DNA from: Bacillales bacterium UBA4855
GTDB lineage: Bacteria > Bacillota_I > Bacilli_A > RFN20 > CAG-826
Reading direction: 5' to 3'
Assembly: GCA_002399785.1 (NCBI GenBank)
Contig: DHEH01000002.1
Span: 97,265-161,264 of the forward strand
DNA length: 64,000 nucleotides
Shown piece after piece: positions 19,843 through 29,777 of the stretch (positions within the stretch are counted from its first letter, which is position 1; each line of letters opens with the position of its first letter). The translations under genes were made by a program, and so were the position numbers. The notes beneath the pieces were generated by a model. It had not been told where the DNA came from. It saw only the letters and a list, made by a program, of their open reading frames with translations, and did not search any database.

Positions 19843-20319
19843 TCATCCGACATAAATATCCACAACTTTATCAAATCTTTTTCTTGTTGCATCGTCTAAT
19901 GGTTCATAAAGGTCTACCATTTTTAATATTACGTCTTCAGGAACCCGTTTATCTTTAATTCTTTTTTTATTATTCTCTAAATTGAATTTTATATCATTTG
20001 TATGAAACATTATTATTTCGTAATAATCAAATTTTTTTAAATGATCAATATAATAATTACGACGATAATTTTCTAAAAATGTCGAATCCATTATTAAAGT
20101 TAAATCATTATACTTATCGTATATTTTGTTACCTTCTACAATCATTTGGTCATAAATATCATACATATTTTTTGGAAAACGAAGATAAGTTCCGTACATT
20201 TGTTTTCTTGTTTCATCACTATCAATATGGACAATATTTTTTTCATTCATCAAATTTTCTTTAACATAAGTAGATTTGCCACTACCAGGCAAACCCGCCA
20301 TAATAATTAATTTTTTCAT
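19843..20319 (-). CDS. P-loop kinase (AAA_33 / polynucleotide-kinase-like ATP-binding protein)
   Basis: 158 aa; Walker A GLPGSGKST; begins 2 nt after the phnE stop. Confidence 0.7.
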   Translation of the reverse strand: MKKLIIMAGLPGSGKSTYVKENLMNEKNIVHIDSDETRKQMYGTYLRFPKNMYDIYDQMIVEGNKIYDKYNDLTLIMDSTFLENYRRNYYIDHLKKFDYYEIIMFHTNDIKFNLENNKKRIKDKRVPEDVILKMVDLYEPLDDATRKRFDKVVDIYVG

Positions 20320-20321
20320 AA

Positions 20322-21221
20322 CTATAATAATTTCTTTCTTAATATACTAGAAATTATATCAACAAATACAATTAATATAACAACACCAAGTAATAATGGG
20401 GTGAGCATTGACCATGTTCCAAACGAAGAATAAACCCAGATATAGTATCCAATTCCACCAGCACCAACTAAACCTAATAAAGAAGCAGTTCTAACATTTA
20501 AATCAAAACGATAAAGAATAACACTTAAAAAGTTTGGTGCAACTTGAGGAACGACTCCTAATTTAACTCTTGTTAAAAAACTTGCTCCGCATGCATCAAG
20601 TGCTTCTAATGGTTGATTATCAACTACATCGAGTTGTTCCGAATACATTTTTCCAATCATACCAATTGAATGAACCGACAAAACAGCAACACCAGCAAAA
20701 GATCCAAAACCAACTACTTTTACCATAATTAATCCAAAGAGAATTTCTGGAAATGTCTTAATAACAATCAATAATAATTCTGATATTACCGACCATTTCC
20801 CAACCATTCTTTTGCTAGCAAAGAAACCAAAAGGAATTGCTAATATCGAAGAAATAAGCGTTCCAATAAAAGCAATCGAAAAGGTTTCTATAATTTGATA
20901 AATAACCGATTCCGAAAATCTATATTCCCCATATCCAAAGAAGTACGACCAATTTGGATTGCACATACCTTTCCACAATTCTCCAAGTCTTGTTCCATTA
21001 AAATTAATTCCATTCATGAAACTAACATCTACTGAAAAATAAATGATCACTGCTAAAAAGGCAAAAACAATAATAATGTTATAAATCCATAGCATCGGTC
21101 TTTTTGCATAAGCTTCATCTGGAGTTGTACAAGAAACTGTATTTTTAATTCTTAAATAATTAAGTAATTTATCCAACTTTTCTTTTATAGTTTCTTTAAA
21201 ATTATTTTTTTCTTTTTCCAT
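20322..21221 (-). CDS. phnE: phosphonate ABC transporter permease PhnE
   Basis: 299 aa; polytopic; EAA-like loop EALDACGAS...LGVVPQV; in the phnDCEE operon. Confidence 0.85.
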   Translation of the reverse strand: MEKEKNNFKETIKEKLDKLLNYLRIKNTVSCTTPDEAYAKRPMLWIYNIIIVFAFLAVIIYFSVDVSFMNGINFNGTRLGELWKGMCNPNWSYFFGYGEYRFSESVIYQIIETFSIAFIGTLISSILAIPFGFFASKRMVGKWSVISELLLIVIKTFPEILFGLIMVKVVGFGSFAGVAVLSVHSIGMIGKMYSEQLDVVDNQPLEALDACGASFLTRVKLGVVPQVAPNFLSVILYRFDLNVRTASLLGLVGAGGIGYYIWVYSSFGTWSMLTPLLLGVVILIVFVDIISSILRKKLL

Positions 21222-21222
21222 A

Positions 21223-22113
21223 CTATAAACTCTTCCTTCTCAAGAAACTTGATAGTAATTGCAAAACAACTACAACCACAAATAGAGGTATCAATATTGC
21301 TCCAACCTTATCGTATTGTTGAGCATCCATGGCATTACTTAATAATTGTCCGATTCCTCCGGCTCCAACAAATCCTAAAATTACAGAAGCTCTAACATTA
21401 ATTTCAAATGTATACAAAAAATTTGAGAAAAACATTGGTTTTACTTGAGGATATAAAGCAACTCGGGCCGCTTTGAACCTCGTGGCACCAGTAGACATAC
21501 TAGCTTCAAAAGGATTCATATTACAGGTATCAATGTACTCATACATTAACTTAAACATGATGCCCATTGTAAATATAGCAATTGCCCAAATACCAGCTGT
21601 ATTTCCAATACCAAAAAAGACTGTACATAAAATAGCTAAAACATAAGTAGGGATTGTTCTAATAATATCAACAACTATTCTAACTGGTTGATAAATATAC
21701 CATTTTAATACTATATTTCTTGAAGCAATTAAGAACAAGGGAATAGCAATTGCTGTACCAATAGTTGTTCCAATAAAAACCATCTCAACAGTTGACCATA
21801 TAGCCGGAATCGCTGTTCCAAAAATGTATTCATTATATCTATCCTAAGTCTTCAAACTAAATTCTGAGGGAGTAAACATTTGTCCAAAAATTACACTGAT
21901 TTGATCAAAACGAATTTTTGCAGGTAATTCAACGAAAATAAAACAACATCCAAAAATAGCTGCAACAATTAAAAAGTACCGAGGCCATAGACTTCTTTTT
22001 TTCTCAATTATTTTGCTAGGAGTTCCGTTATCATTTAAAGAAACAATAACTTTTTTATATTTTAATTTATGAAAAATCCTACGCAAAACCCCCTTATTTT
22101 TAGTTTGCATCAT
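21223..22113 (-). pseudogene. phnE: phosphonate ABC transporter permease PhnE paralogue interrupted by an in-frame TAG (21844-21846)
   Basis: The ORFs 21844-22113 and 21223-21783 are in the same frame. Hand translation gives ...TPSEFSLKT*DRYNEYIFGTAIPAIWSTVEMVFIGTTIG..., continuous with the PhnE fold. The start overlaps the phnC stop. Confidence 0.75.
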
Positions 22114-22879
22114 CGACTTCTCCTAATTTTTCTGAATGTTTTAAAGCACGTCCATAAATATTAAATAGCGCTTCATCAGTTATTTCATCTGGTGTTCCAT
22201 CAAAAACAATTTTTCCAGATTTGATTCCTATTATTCTATTAGCATATTTCATCGCTAAATCAACGTGATGCATGTTAGCAACTATAGTTATTCCAAACTC
22301 TCTATTAATTTTTGCAAAATCATCCATAACAGAAATTGTTGTGACTGGATCAAGACTTGCAACAGGTTCATCAGCTAAAATTATTTTAGGTTCTTGAGTT
22401 AAAGCTCTCGCTAAAGCGACACGTTGTTGTTGACCACCACTTAGTTGATCAGCCCTAATAAAAGCTTTATCTAAAATACCCAATTTATCTAATGACTGCA
22501 AAGCTAACATCTTTTCATCCCTAGAATAGATACCAAATAAAGTACTGAAGGTAGAGTGGTAACCCACCCTACCAGCAAGTACATTTTTATATACGGAAGA
22601 TCTATTAACTAAATTAAATGATTGGAAAATCATTCCGATATTTCTACGAATTAAACGCAATTTTTTACCTTTAGCTTTCGAAATATCTTCATCATTTACA
22701 ATTATGTTTCCTGATTGAATTGTGTGCATTTTATTTATCGATCTTAAAAGTGTGGATTTACCAGCACCTGATAAACCAATAATACAAAGAAAATCACCAT
22801 CATTAACAGTAAGATTTACATCGTCTAGCCCTTTAACACCACTAGGATAAATCTTACTTACATTCTTAAATTCAATCAT
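22100..22879 (-). CDS. phnC: phosphonate ABC transporter ATP-binding protein PhnC
   Basis: [35 protein letters not shown]. Confidence 0.9.
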   Translation of the reverse strand: MIEFKNVSKIYPSGVKGLDDVNLTVNDGDFLCIIGLSGAGKSTLLRSINKMHTIQSGNIIVNDEDISKAKGKKLRLIRRNIGMIFQSFNLVNRSSVYKNVLAGRVGYHSTFSTLFGIYSRDEKMLALQSLDKLGILDKAFIRADQLSGGQQQRVALARALTQEPKIILADEPVASLDPVTTISVMDDFAKINREFGITIVANMHHVDLAMKYANRIIGIKSGKIVFDGTPDEITDEALFNIYGRALKHSEKLGEVDDAN

Positions 22880-22932
22880 AAAAATCCTTCTTATATTTAT
22901 ATAAAAATCAAAATCAAAACTTGACTTAATTA

Positions 22933-24021
22933 TTAAATTAAATCGTTAGCTACGCAGTAATTATAGAACTCTCTTTCGCCATCGAAATCACTATCTTTAG
23001 CATCAGTATATCCAGTATGTGAATAAACTTTATAAAGAATTTCAGCTGGTGATAAAGATTCGGTAGCACCATCATCGATTTTATTTGTATCTTTAATTGC
23101 AGTCTTAAAAGCTTTAACAACAGCTTCTTTTTTAGCATCGGTTAAATTCGAACGAACTGATATTGTATCGTTATAAATTCCGTCGGTAATAGCGACACAC
23201 TTACTTAATGTGAAAGAGGTTGCTAATTGATAATAAGCACTATCACTCTTTGTATAACCTTGAGCATAACGAACATCAGTGAATCCCCAGAAACCATCAA
23301 TTGTTCCGCTTTGCATATTGTTAAAAGCATCACCATAACTATTTTGTTGAACACCTTGAATTTGTTTAGTAGCATCAGTAATTGTATCGACCATTTCCAT
23401 TCCATTATCATTTAAATATTTTAATGGTCTTAAATAACCAGCACCACTTGTTGCACCCATTCTACCAATTTTTAATCCAGCCATATCTTTAATATCGATT
23501 TTACCATCGCTATTTTTATCAACGTAATTTGCATTTGTAACGCATAATTGTGATGTATACCAATTAACATCTTGTTCAGATTGTTGCCCTAAATATTCAT
23601 AACCAGAAATTTCACCATTCATAGCTTTAATTTTGTTTTCGACATCATCTTTATAATCTTCTACTTGAACTTTATAACCTTTTCTAACACTAGTTAATTT
23701 AACTTCAATTTTACCCGGATTTTGAATTGTTGCTTGAGCATAACCGCTAGCGGTTAAGAAACCAACATCAACTTGATCAGATAATAAAGCTTCAGTGGTG
23801 GCAGCATAAGAAGTGCCTGTTGTGATTTTAAATTGATAATCTGGACAAATTTTCTCCAATACAGGTTCAAGTCTTTTTGATAATGCAGCCAAAGTAGAAG
23901 CATCATTTGATGGAACAAATTGAATGTTAATTACATTGCTTTCAGTTGAATTACATCCGACAAGACCACTAACACCTAATAAACATATAGCAGATAAGCC
24001 TAACAAATTAAGTTTCTTCAT
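22933..24021 (-). CDS. phnD: phosphonate/phosphite ABC substrate-binding lipoprotein PhnD
   Basis: Signal peptide with lipobox LVGC; PhnD-like FVPS...GFLTA pattern; AGGAGG RBS. Confidence 0.85.
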   Translation of the reverse strand: MKKLNLLGLSAICLLGVSGLVGCNSTESNVINIQFVPSNDASTLAALSKRLEPVLEKICPDYQFKITTGTSYAATTEALLSDQVDVGFLTASGYAQATIQNPGKIEVKLTSVRKGYKVQVEDYKDDVENKIKAMNGEISGYEYLGQQSEQDVNWYTSQLCVTNANYVDKNSDGKIDIKDMAGLKIGRMGATSGAGYLRPLKYLNDNGMEMVDTITDATKQIQGVQQNSYGDAFNNMQSGTIDGFWGFTDVRYAQGYTKSDSAYYQLATSFTLSKCVAITDGIYNDTISVRSNLTDAKKEAVVKAFKTAIKDTNKIDDGATESLSPAEILYKVYSHTGYTDAKDSDFDGEREFYNYCVANDLI

Positions 24022-24061
24022 AAGATTAATTTTCCTCCTTTATGAGATACTTTTTTGTATG

Positions 24062-24085
24062 AAAAAAAGGCTCTAAAGCCCTTGT
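24062..24085 (-). promoter_or_regulatory. terminator-like hairpin plus U7 inside the phnD 5' leader (possible attenuator)
   Basis: Minus strand AAGGGCUUUAGAGCCUU followed by UUUUUUU, about 35 nt upstream of the phnD RBS. Confidence 0.4.
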
Positions 24086-24316
24086 TCAATTAATAACTTA
24101 TTTAAATCTTTAAGATTTTTAAATAATTTTAACTTTATCAAACAAAAAAAGTATACTCCTCAAGACGTTTTATTCTATAAAAAACAAAAAATTGATTAAC
24201 TTTTAATTTTATTTTAATATCTACTAGATTTACCCTAATGTTCGTGAGAAATATTATAAATTAGTTTTTTATCAAATATGCGAACAAATGTATTATAATT
24301 TTAACAAAACCACTAT

Positions 24317-24961
24317 ATGAACCTCGAATCTAAATTGAAATTACAAAACAAAAAGGACAAAACCACTATAATTTTTGGTTTCATTTTTATGATTTTTAAT
24401 TACCTATGGGGTTCAGCAAAATTAATCGTAGGAATTATTGAAAATAACTGGTTTTATGGAACTTCTGGAATCTCAGAAATATTATTAGGTCTTTGTAAAA
24501 CTTTATTTTTCATCGGCGTTAAAAAAGAAGATCATAAATTACAAGAACATTTATATAAAGCAATTGCTGCCCTTATCATAATTGCAAATATACTTTATGT
24601 CGCTTATATGATTTCCTTATATTTCTACCCTACACACTTAATTAGACTTCCTCTTTGGTTAAATATCATAATATGTTGCGTTTCTTTCTTAGATTTAGGT
24701 TTGTCTATCATTGGAATCATTAATAACATATCAAGAAAAAATCTTCTTTTTATTGCTAGAGAGTGTTTATCATTAGTTTGGTCATTTCAAACAATTGTGT
24801 TTGCTTTAGCATCTTTAATTTCAGCAATGAACCAAGTTTTATCAGCAAAACAAATATCAACATATAATGCTAGTATTGGAATCGTATACGGAATACTTTC
24901 AATTGGTATTGGAATATTTATGCTTTCAAAGTTAAAACAATATAAATTAAAACGCAACTAA
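24317..24961 (+). CDS. hypothetical polytopic membrane protein
   Basis: 214 aa with 5-6 hydrophobic helices; no recognised family. Confidence 0.5.
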   Translation: MNLESKLKLQNKKDKTTIIFGFIFMIFNYLWGSAKLIVGIIENNWFYGTSGISEILLGLCKTLFFIGVKKEDHKLQEHLYKAIAALIIIANILYVAYMISLYFYPTHLIRLPLWLNIIICCVSFLDLGLSIIGIINNISRKNLLFIARECLSLVWSFQTIVFALASLISAMNQVLSAKQISTYNASIGIVYGILSIGIGIFMLSKLKQYKLKRN

Positions 24962-24984
24962 AAAGGGATTTTTTTCAAAATCCC
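24960..24984 (-). terminator. rho-independent terminator of proS
   Basis: GGGATTTT-loop-AAAATCCC followed (minus strand) by UUUUU. Confidence 0.6.
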
Positions 24985-25001
24985 CTGCAAATCCCACTAT
25001 T
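24977..25001. repeat. copy B of the motif ATCCCCTGCAAATCCC
   Basis: Core at 24980-24995, identical 16/16 to copy C; ends 6 nt from the proS stop codon. Confidence 0.55.
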
Positions 25002-26429
25002 TTAATAAGCTTTAGCAAATAAGATTAAATATTTTGCTTCTTTTCCACATATGGCACATTTGTCATCGATAGGAATTTGAGCAAATGGCATACATCTGCT
25101 TGTCGCATTAAACATTTCTTTAACTTTATCTTCGCAAGCTCTATCGCCGCACCACATAACTTTAGCATACCCGCCTTTATTAAGGATTTCTTCCATCTCT
25201 TTTAAATTGTGAGCTTCATGAACATTATCAGACAAGTTCTTTAAAGCGGCATCGTACATTTCTTTGTGAATCTTAACTAATAACGAATTTGCTTCATCAA
25301 CAATCTTATCTAAAGCAACTTGTTCTTTAAAGCCATCATTTCTCTTACAAATTGTAACAACTCCATTGACTAAATCACGTGGACCAACTTCAATCCTAAG
25401 AGGTACACCTTTCATTTCATACTCTGAGAATTTCCGCCCAGGTGTCTTATCACTATCATCAAGTTTAACTCTAATACCTTTAGCTTCTAATCCTTGTTTG
25501 ATTGTATTGCAAGCATCTAAAACTCCCTCTTTTTGCATTTGAATAGGAATAATGACAACTTGAATTGGCGCTACATATGGAGGTAAAACTAAACCATTAT
25601 CATCTCCATGAACCATTATTATTGAACCAATTAAACGAGTTGAAACACCCCAGCTTGTTTGGAAAGGATTTTTAATTTTTCCATCTTTGTCAAGATATTG
25701 AACACCGAAAGCCTTAGCAAAACCATCGCCAAAATAATGGGATGTACCACTTTGTAAAGCTTTTCCATCATGCATTAAAGCTTCAATAGAATATGTTTCC
25801 ACAGCACCAGCAAACTTTTCTTTTTCGCTCTTTTTTCCCTTAATGAAAGGGACGGCTAAAAGGTCTTCACCCATTTTATCATATATATCTAACATTCTAA
25901 GAGTTTCTTCTCTAGCTTCGTCGCTTGTAGAGTGCATTGTGTGGCCTTCTTGCCATAAAAATTCACTTCCTCTTAGGAATGGTCGAGTTGTCTTTTCCCA
26001 TCTAACGACAGAACACCATTGATTGTATTTCTTTGGTAAATCACGATAACTATTAATGATGTGTTTATAATGCTCAGTAAAAACACATTCGCTTGTTGGT
26101 CTAATAATCAATCTATCTTGGAGAGTTTGACCTCCACCAATTGTTGCAATTAAACATTCTGGAGCGAAACCAGAAATATGATCTTTTTCTTTTTTGAATA
26201 AAGATTCATTAATTACCATAGGCATATAAACATTTTCGTGCCCTGTTGCTTTAAATTCTTTATCCAAATAAGATTGAATTTGCTCCCAAATAGCGTAACC
26301 ATAAGGTCTATATATAATAAAGCCTTTAACATCGCTATAATCCATTAATTCTGCTTTTTTACAAACATCTGTATACCATTGAGCAAAATCTTCGTCTCTT
26401 GAAGTAATTGATTTGTTCTTAATATCCAT
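25002..26429 (-). CDS. proS: prolyl-tRNA synthetase, archaeal/eukaryote-like type (no INS editing domain)
   Basis: 475 aa; N-terminus SRDEDFAQWYTDV; class II motifs; C-terminal Cys-rich zinc domain ending ...FAKAY. Confidence 0.95.
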   Translation of the reverse strand: MDIKNKSITSRDEDFAQWYTDVCKKAELMDYSDVKGFIIYRPYGYAIWEQIQSYLDKEFKATGHENVYMPMVINESLFKKEKDHISGFAPECLIATIGGGQTLQDRLIIRPTSECVFTEHYKHIINSYRDLPKKYNQWCSVVRWEKTTRPFLRGSEFLWQEGHTMHSTSDEAREETLRMLDIYDKMGEDLLAVPFIKGKKSEKEKFAGAVETYSIEALMHDGKALQSGTSHYFGDGFAKAFGVQYLDKDGKIKNPFQTSWGVSTRLIGSIIMVHGDDNGLVLPPYVAPIQVVIIPIQMQKEGVLDACNTIKQGLEAKGIRVKLDDSDKTPGRKFSEYEMKGVPLRIEVGPRDLVNGVVTICKRNDGFKEQVALDKIVDEANSLLVKIHKEMYDAALKNLSDNVHEAHNLKEMEEILNKGGYAKVMWCGDRACEDKVKEMFNATSRCMPFAQIPIDDKCAICGKEAKYLILFAKAY

Positions 26430-26445
26430 TTTAATTTCCTCTTTC

Positions 26446-28257
26446 TTATTTACTTAAATTTGATAATTTTTTAATAACACGTTTATCAAGCGGCAAAAGC
26501 ATAGAACTGTATTGACTAATTACATCACCGCCGAAATATCTTACACCACTTTTACTTAATAATTCTAGTAGCGGCCAATTATTTACGTTTACACAAACAA
26601 TCGGTTTCTGGAATTTTACAAATTTTGTAAGCAAAGCATGCAAATTAATAAAATCTACACTTGTCGCTTTAACATTATTCAATTTACTACAATCAAAGAC
26701 AAATAAATCAAATAATTTGTATGTATCATCTTTTAAAGAAAAGTCACTAATAGTAATTAGAAGGCCAAGTTCATAACTTTTCAATTTAAGATTTTGAATT
26801 GTTCTCAAGTAATATGGATCGGTTTCAAAATCAATAAAAACATTATTCTTAAACAAAAATGAAATGTTCGCGTTATTTAAATTACTAATATGAGGGAAAC
26901 TTTTGATAGCAAAAGGTAAATCAAGCATTTCAATTGGAAAAAATAATTTAAAACTTGCATCTCCTTTTTGCGTTAAAAAGGTAGAAATTACTTTTTTGCT
27001 TGAAATTGAAAATACTTCTTGTTGTTCTTCATATTGTGCACAAAACTTTTCCAAATCTTGATATGATTTAAAAATATTGCTCTTTGGAAAAATTTTGAAT
27101 GTATAAGATTCAATAATTGAATTTCTATCAAGTAAATGAATTACTGGGCTATAGTAAACATCAATTAATTGATTTCTTAAAATGTGATCAATCTCGCTTT
27201 TATAGCCTTCTTCTGCACTGTGCATTCCTGAATTTTCAGGATAAAAGAAAGAGTAATTTTTATTGTCGTTATAAACAGTTTGGGTAAATTTTTGCATATC
27301 TTGATAAGCAGTTTCAAAATTTTTATTCAAAGAAGTTACTTTACTAGCTGTGATTACTGGGACAAGAGTGTTTAAATAACCATAAATCTCCAATAATTCA
27401 TTAATACTATCTAAAATTTCTTGGATTTTATGGTTAATTTGGTAACTATTCATCAAAGTGTTATCAATAAACATAACTTCTTGTGGATTATCTGGATTTA
27501 AATAATAATATAAATCGACCCCTTTGAAACAACGACAAACATAGTCCATTAATTCATAACGAACGTAATATTCGTTTTTAACAACAGCCTCATCAAGCAT
27601 TTTAAATAATTTAATAAAATAGAGATTGGCTCTCATGAATTCATTTCCTTCATAAGCTTTTTTCATCTCACTCAATAAATAGTAAGGTTTATGTTTTAAT
27701 AAAAGAGGATTAACGCTTTTTAAATTTTTAAAAACACTTTTCTTAAACTCATCGTTAGGAACATGAAGAAGAGTGTCAGCGTTTAAATAAATTAATTTAT
27801 TTTCTTTATCTATTTGGCTAGCAAATAAAACAGTACGATAAACAAGAAAACGTTTGCCCTCTTTGTATAACATATTAGTTAAAACAACATTATCAGAACC
27901 ATTCTTTTTTGTATCAACTTCTAGCATTGAAATCATCCGATTTCGAATACTATTTTGATCCTTTACTTCAAAAAAGTTCAAAAATTCAACATACGTAACA
28001 GTTCTAATCTTTCTTAAATTTTTTAATTTAAACCATGTAACTGTCTGAGATTTCAAATCAATAACATATGTTCTACAATCGGTAAACTCAGCTGAAATAC
28101 GGTTTTTATAACTTTGATTTCTTGATTTAGAGATTGATAAATAAACAATAATAAGACAAATTATGATTAGTAAAACAGCACCTACGATTCCCAGAAATAT
28201 ATAATCATCAAGTGTTAGTGTCTTTAAATTCATAGAAAATATTAAAAAAATATTCAT
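26446..28257 (-). CDS. membrane-anchored protein with C-terminal degenerate EAL-like domain (inferred)
   Basis: 603 aa with one N-terminal TM. The last ~250 aa are collinear with EAL landmarks, but the key residues are replaced. Start uncertain (MNLKTL alternative). Confidence 0.55.
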   Translation of the reverse strand: MNIFLIFSMNLKTLTLDDYIFLGIVGAVLLIIICLIIVYLSISKSRNQSYKNRISAEFTDCRTYVIDLKSQTVTWFKLKNLRKIRTVTYVEFLNFFEVKDQNSIRNRMISMLEVDTKKNGSDNVVLTNMLYKEGKRFLVYRTVLFASQIDKENKLIYLNADTLLHVPNDEFKKSVFKNLKSVNPLLLKHKPYYLLSEMKKAYEGNEFMRANLYFIKLFKMLDEAVVKNEYYVRYELMDYVCRCFKGVDLYYYLNPDNPQEVMFIDNTLMNSYQINHKIQEILDSINELLEIYGYLNTLVPVITASKVTSLNKNFETAYQDMQKFTQTVYNDNKNYSFFYPENSGMHSAEEGYKSEIDHILRNQLIDVYYSPVIHLLDRNSIIESYTFKIFPKSNIFKSYQDLEKFCAQYEEQQEVFSISSKKVISTFLTQKGDASFKLFFPIEMLDLPFAIKSFPHISNLNNANISFLFKNNVFIDFETDPYYLRTIQNLKLKSYELGLLITISDFSLKDDTYKLFDLFVFDCSKLNNVKATSVDFINLHALLTKFVKFQKPIVCVNVNNWPLLELLSKSGVRYFGGDVISQYSSMLLPLDKRVIKKLSNLSK

Positions 28258-28349
28258 ACTTAAGTATTATATACTTTAAGTATGTTAATCTCAAACTTTG
28301 AATATTTACTTTAAAACACTATTCTTTTTTAGTTATAATATGTCCTAAC

Positions 28350-28438
28350 GGAGAAATACCCAAGCGGCTGAAGGGGTCAGTTTCGAAAACTGATAGAGGC
28401 TAATACCTGCGGGGGTTCAAATCCCCCTTTCTCCGCCA
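28350..28438 (+). tRNA. tRNA-Ser (anticodon CGA), type II, CCA encoded
   Basis: Acceptor GGAGAAA/TTTCTCC, anticodon arm CAGTT-TTCGAAA-ACTGA, long variable arm, T arm GGGGG-TTCAAAT-CCCCC. Confidence 0.95.
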
Positions 28439-28450
28439 TTAATAAAAAAC

Positions 28451-28486
28451 AGGCAATAACAACGATTTGTTATTGCCTTTATTTTT
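28451..28486 (+). terminator. rho-independent terminator after tRNA-Ser(CGA)
   Basis: 11-bp stem AGGCAATAACA / TGTTATTGCCT followed by TTATTTTT. Confidence 0.7.
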
Positions 28487-28497
28487 GCAAAATTTTT

Positions 28498-28524
28498 CAA
28501 TATCCCCTGCAAATCCCTATTATT
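28498..28524. repeat. copy C of the motif ATCCCCTGCAAATCCC
   Basis: Core at 28502-28517; ends 7 nt from the stop codon of the YitT-family gene. Confidence 0.55.
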
Positions 28525-29652
28525 TTATTCAATTGGCTTCCTATAAAACTTGCCAAATACTTGAGTTACAGGGAACTCATTTATAAAGCAAAGTGGGTCG
28601 GCCTCTTTAGCAACTTTAACAACTTTTTTTGCTTCGTTTTTACGAACACTCATATAAATTAAGTATTTTTTATCGCCTAAATATCCACCTTTACCCTCAA
28701 TGATTGTGCATCCATGAGGAATATTGGCTAAGATAACTTGAGCTAAATTAACATTGGTAGTAATAATTTGAACACATTCTTTCTTATTTTGCACATTAAG
28801 CAAATTGACAATCATCGAAGCGATGATCATATACAAGAAAGTATATAAAAGCATTATTAAAGATAAGGCGGGCTCAACCGACATTGCTGAATAACCATCA
28901 GGAATAGAAACCGTGCCACCAGTTATTACAACACCCGTATAACTAATTACGTAACCTCCACTAAATAAAGCTACAATACAGAAAATTACGATAACAACAA
29001 AATTAAAAGCGGCAGAGAAAATTCCAATTTGAGCTGATTTCTTCTCACTAACATAATAAGCAATAACATCAATTCCACCAGCACTTGTATCTATTGAGTA
29101 AGCTAAACAACTGCTTATTCCAGTACATAATCCAGCAAATAAAACACGGGAAATTGGTTCATTAAAAACATAAGAAGAAATATCATTAAAGAAAGGTATT
29201 TGTTGAAACAAAATTCCAAATAAAGAAACTAAAATAACATTTAAAATGGTATATATAGTAAATTTCTTACCAATTTTAATAAAACTAAAAATACAAAGAG
29301 GAATGTTAACAAGGAAATAGAAAACCCAAATAGCAATTTGTAAATTAGCTTGACTATCAAGTCCTGGAAAGCCACATAAAGCTAAAATTGTCGCCAAGGA
29401 TTGAGCAAGTCCACTTGCTCCACAACTTGCAAAAACTTTTACATTGACACTTGCTATATCAACACCAACATAATCATGGTTAAAAGAAGCGTAATTTGGG
29501 TGGATAAATAAGTTAAAACCAAAAGCAAAAATCATAGCACTAAGCGCTGTTATAAGCACAAAATAACTATTTCTTCCGACCTCTCTTTGAACTGGATGAT
29601 CGAAGAAATAATTGACGACTTTTTCTTTTAGTTTTTTTAACCTAAATTCCAT
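28525..29652 (-). CDS. YitT-family membrane protein (DUF161 repeats plus C-terminal DUF2179)
   Basis: 375 aa; polytopic; GGIDVIAYY motif; soluble C-terminal domain CTIIEGKGGY... Confidence 0.8.
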   Translation of the reverse strand: MEFRLKKLKEKVVNYFFDHPVQREVGRNSYFVLITALSAMIFAFGFNLFIHPNYASFNHDYVGVDIASVNVKVFASCGASGLAQSLATILALCGFPGLDSQANLQIAIWVFYFLVNIPLCIFSFIKIGKKFTIYTILNVILVSLFGILFQQIPFFNDISSYVFNEPISRVLFAGLCTGISSCLAYSIDTSAGGIDVIAYYVSEKKSAQIGIFSAAFNFVVIVIFCIVALFSGGYVISYTGVVITGGTVSIPDGYSAMSVEPALSLIMLLYTFLYMIIASMIVNLLNVQNKKECVQIITTNVNLAQVILANIPHGCTIIEGKGGYLGDKKYLIYMSVRKNEAKKVVKVAKEADPLCFINEFPVTQVFGKFYRKPIE

Positions 29653-29777
29653 GTTAATTAATGTTAATTAAAATAATTTAGAAATACAAGAACATAATGT
29701 TTAAACTTGTTATTTATTGCAATTTAGTATTTTGAATAAAATAATTTTAATAAGTCTAATAGACTTAAGAGGTTATT

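Noticed and set aside
18039-28517. Interpreting the GCAAATCCC motif as a duplicated tRNA-Ser T-arm/acceptor fragment, that is, att sites of an integrated element.
   Set aside because: Similarity to the tRNA 3' halves is only about 11-12 of 17-18 nt. Copy A is in the opposite orientation to its nearby tRNA. The intervening genes (phn operon, proS) are not mobile-element-like.
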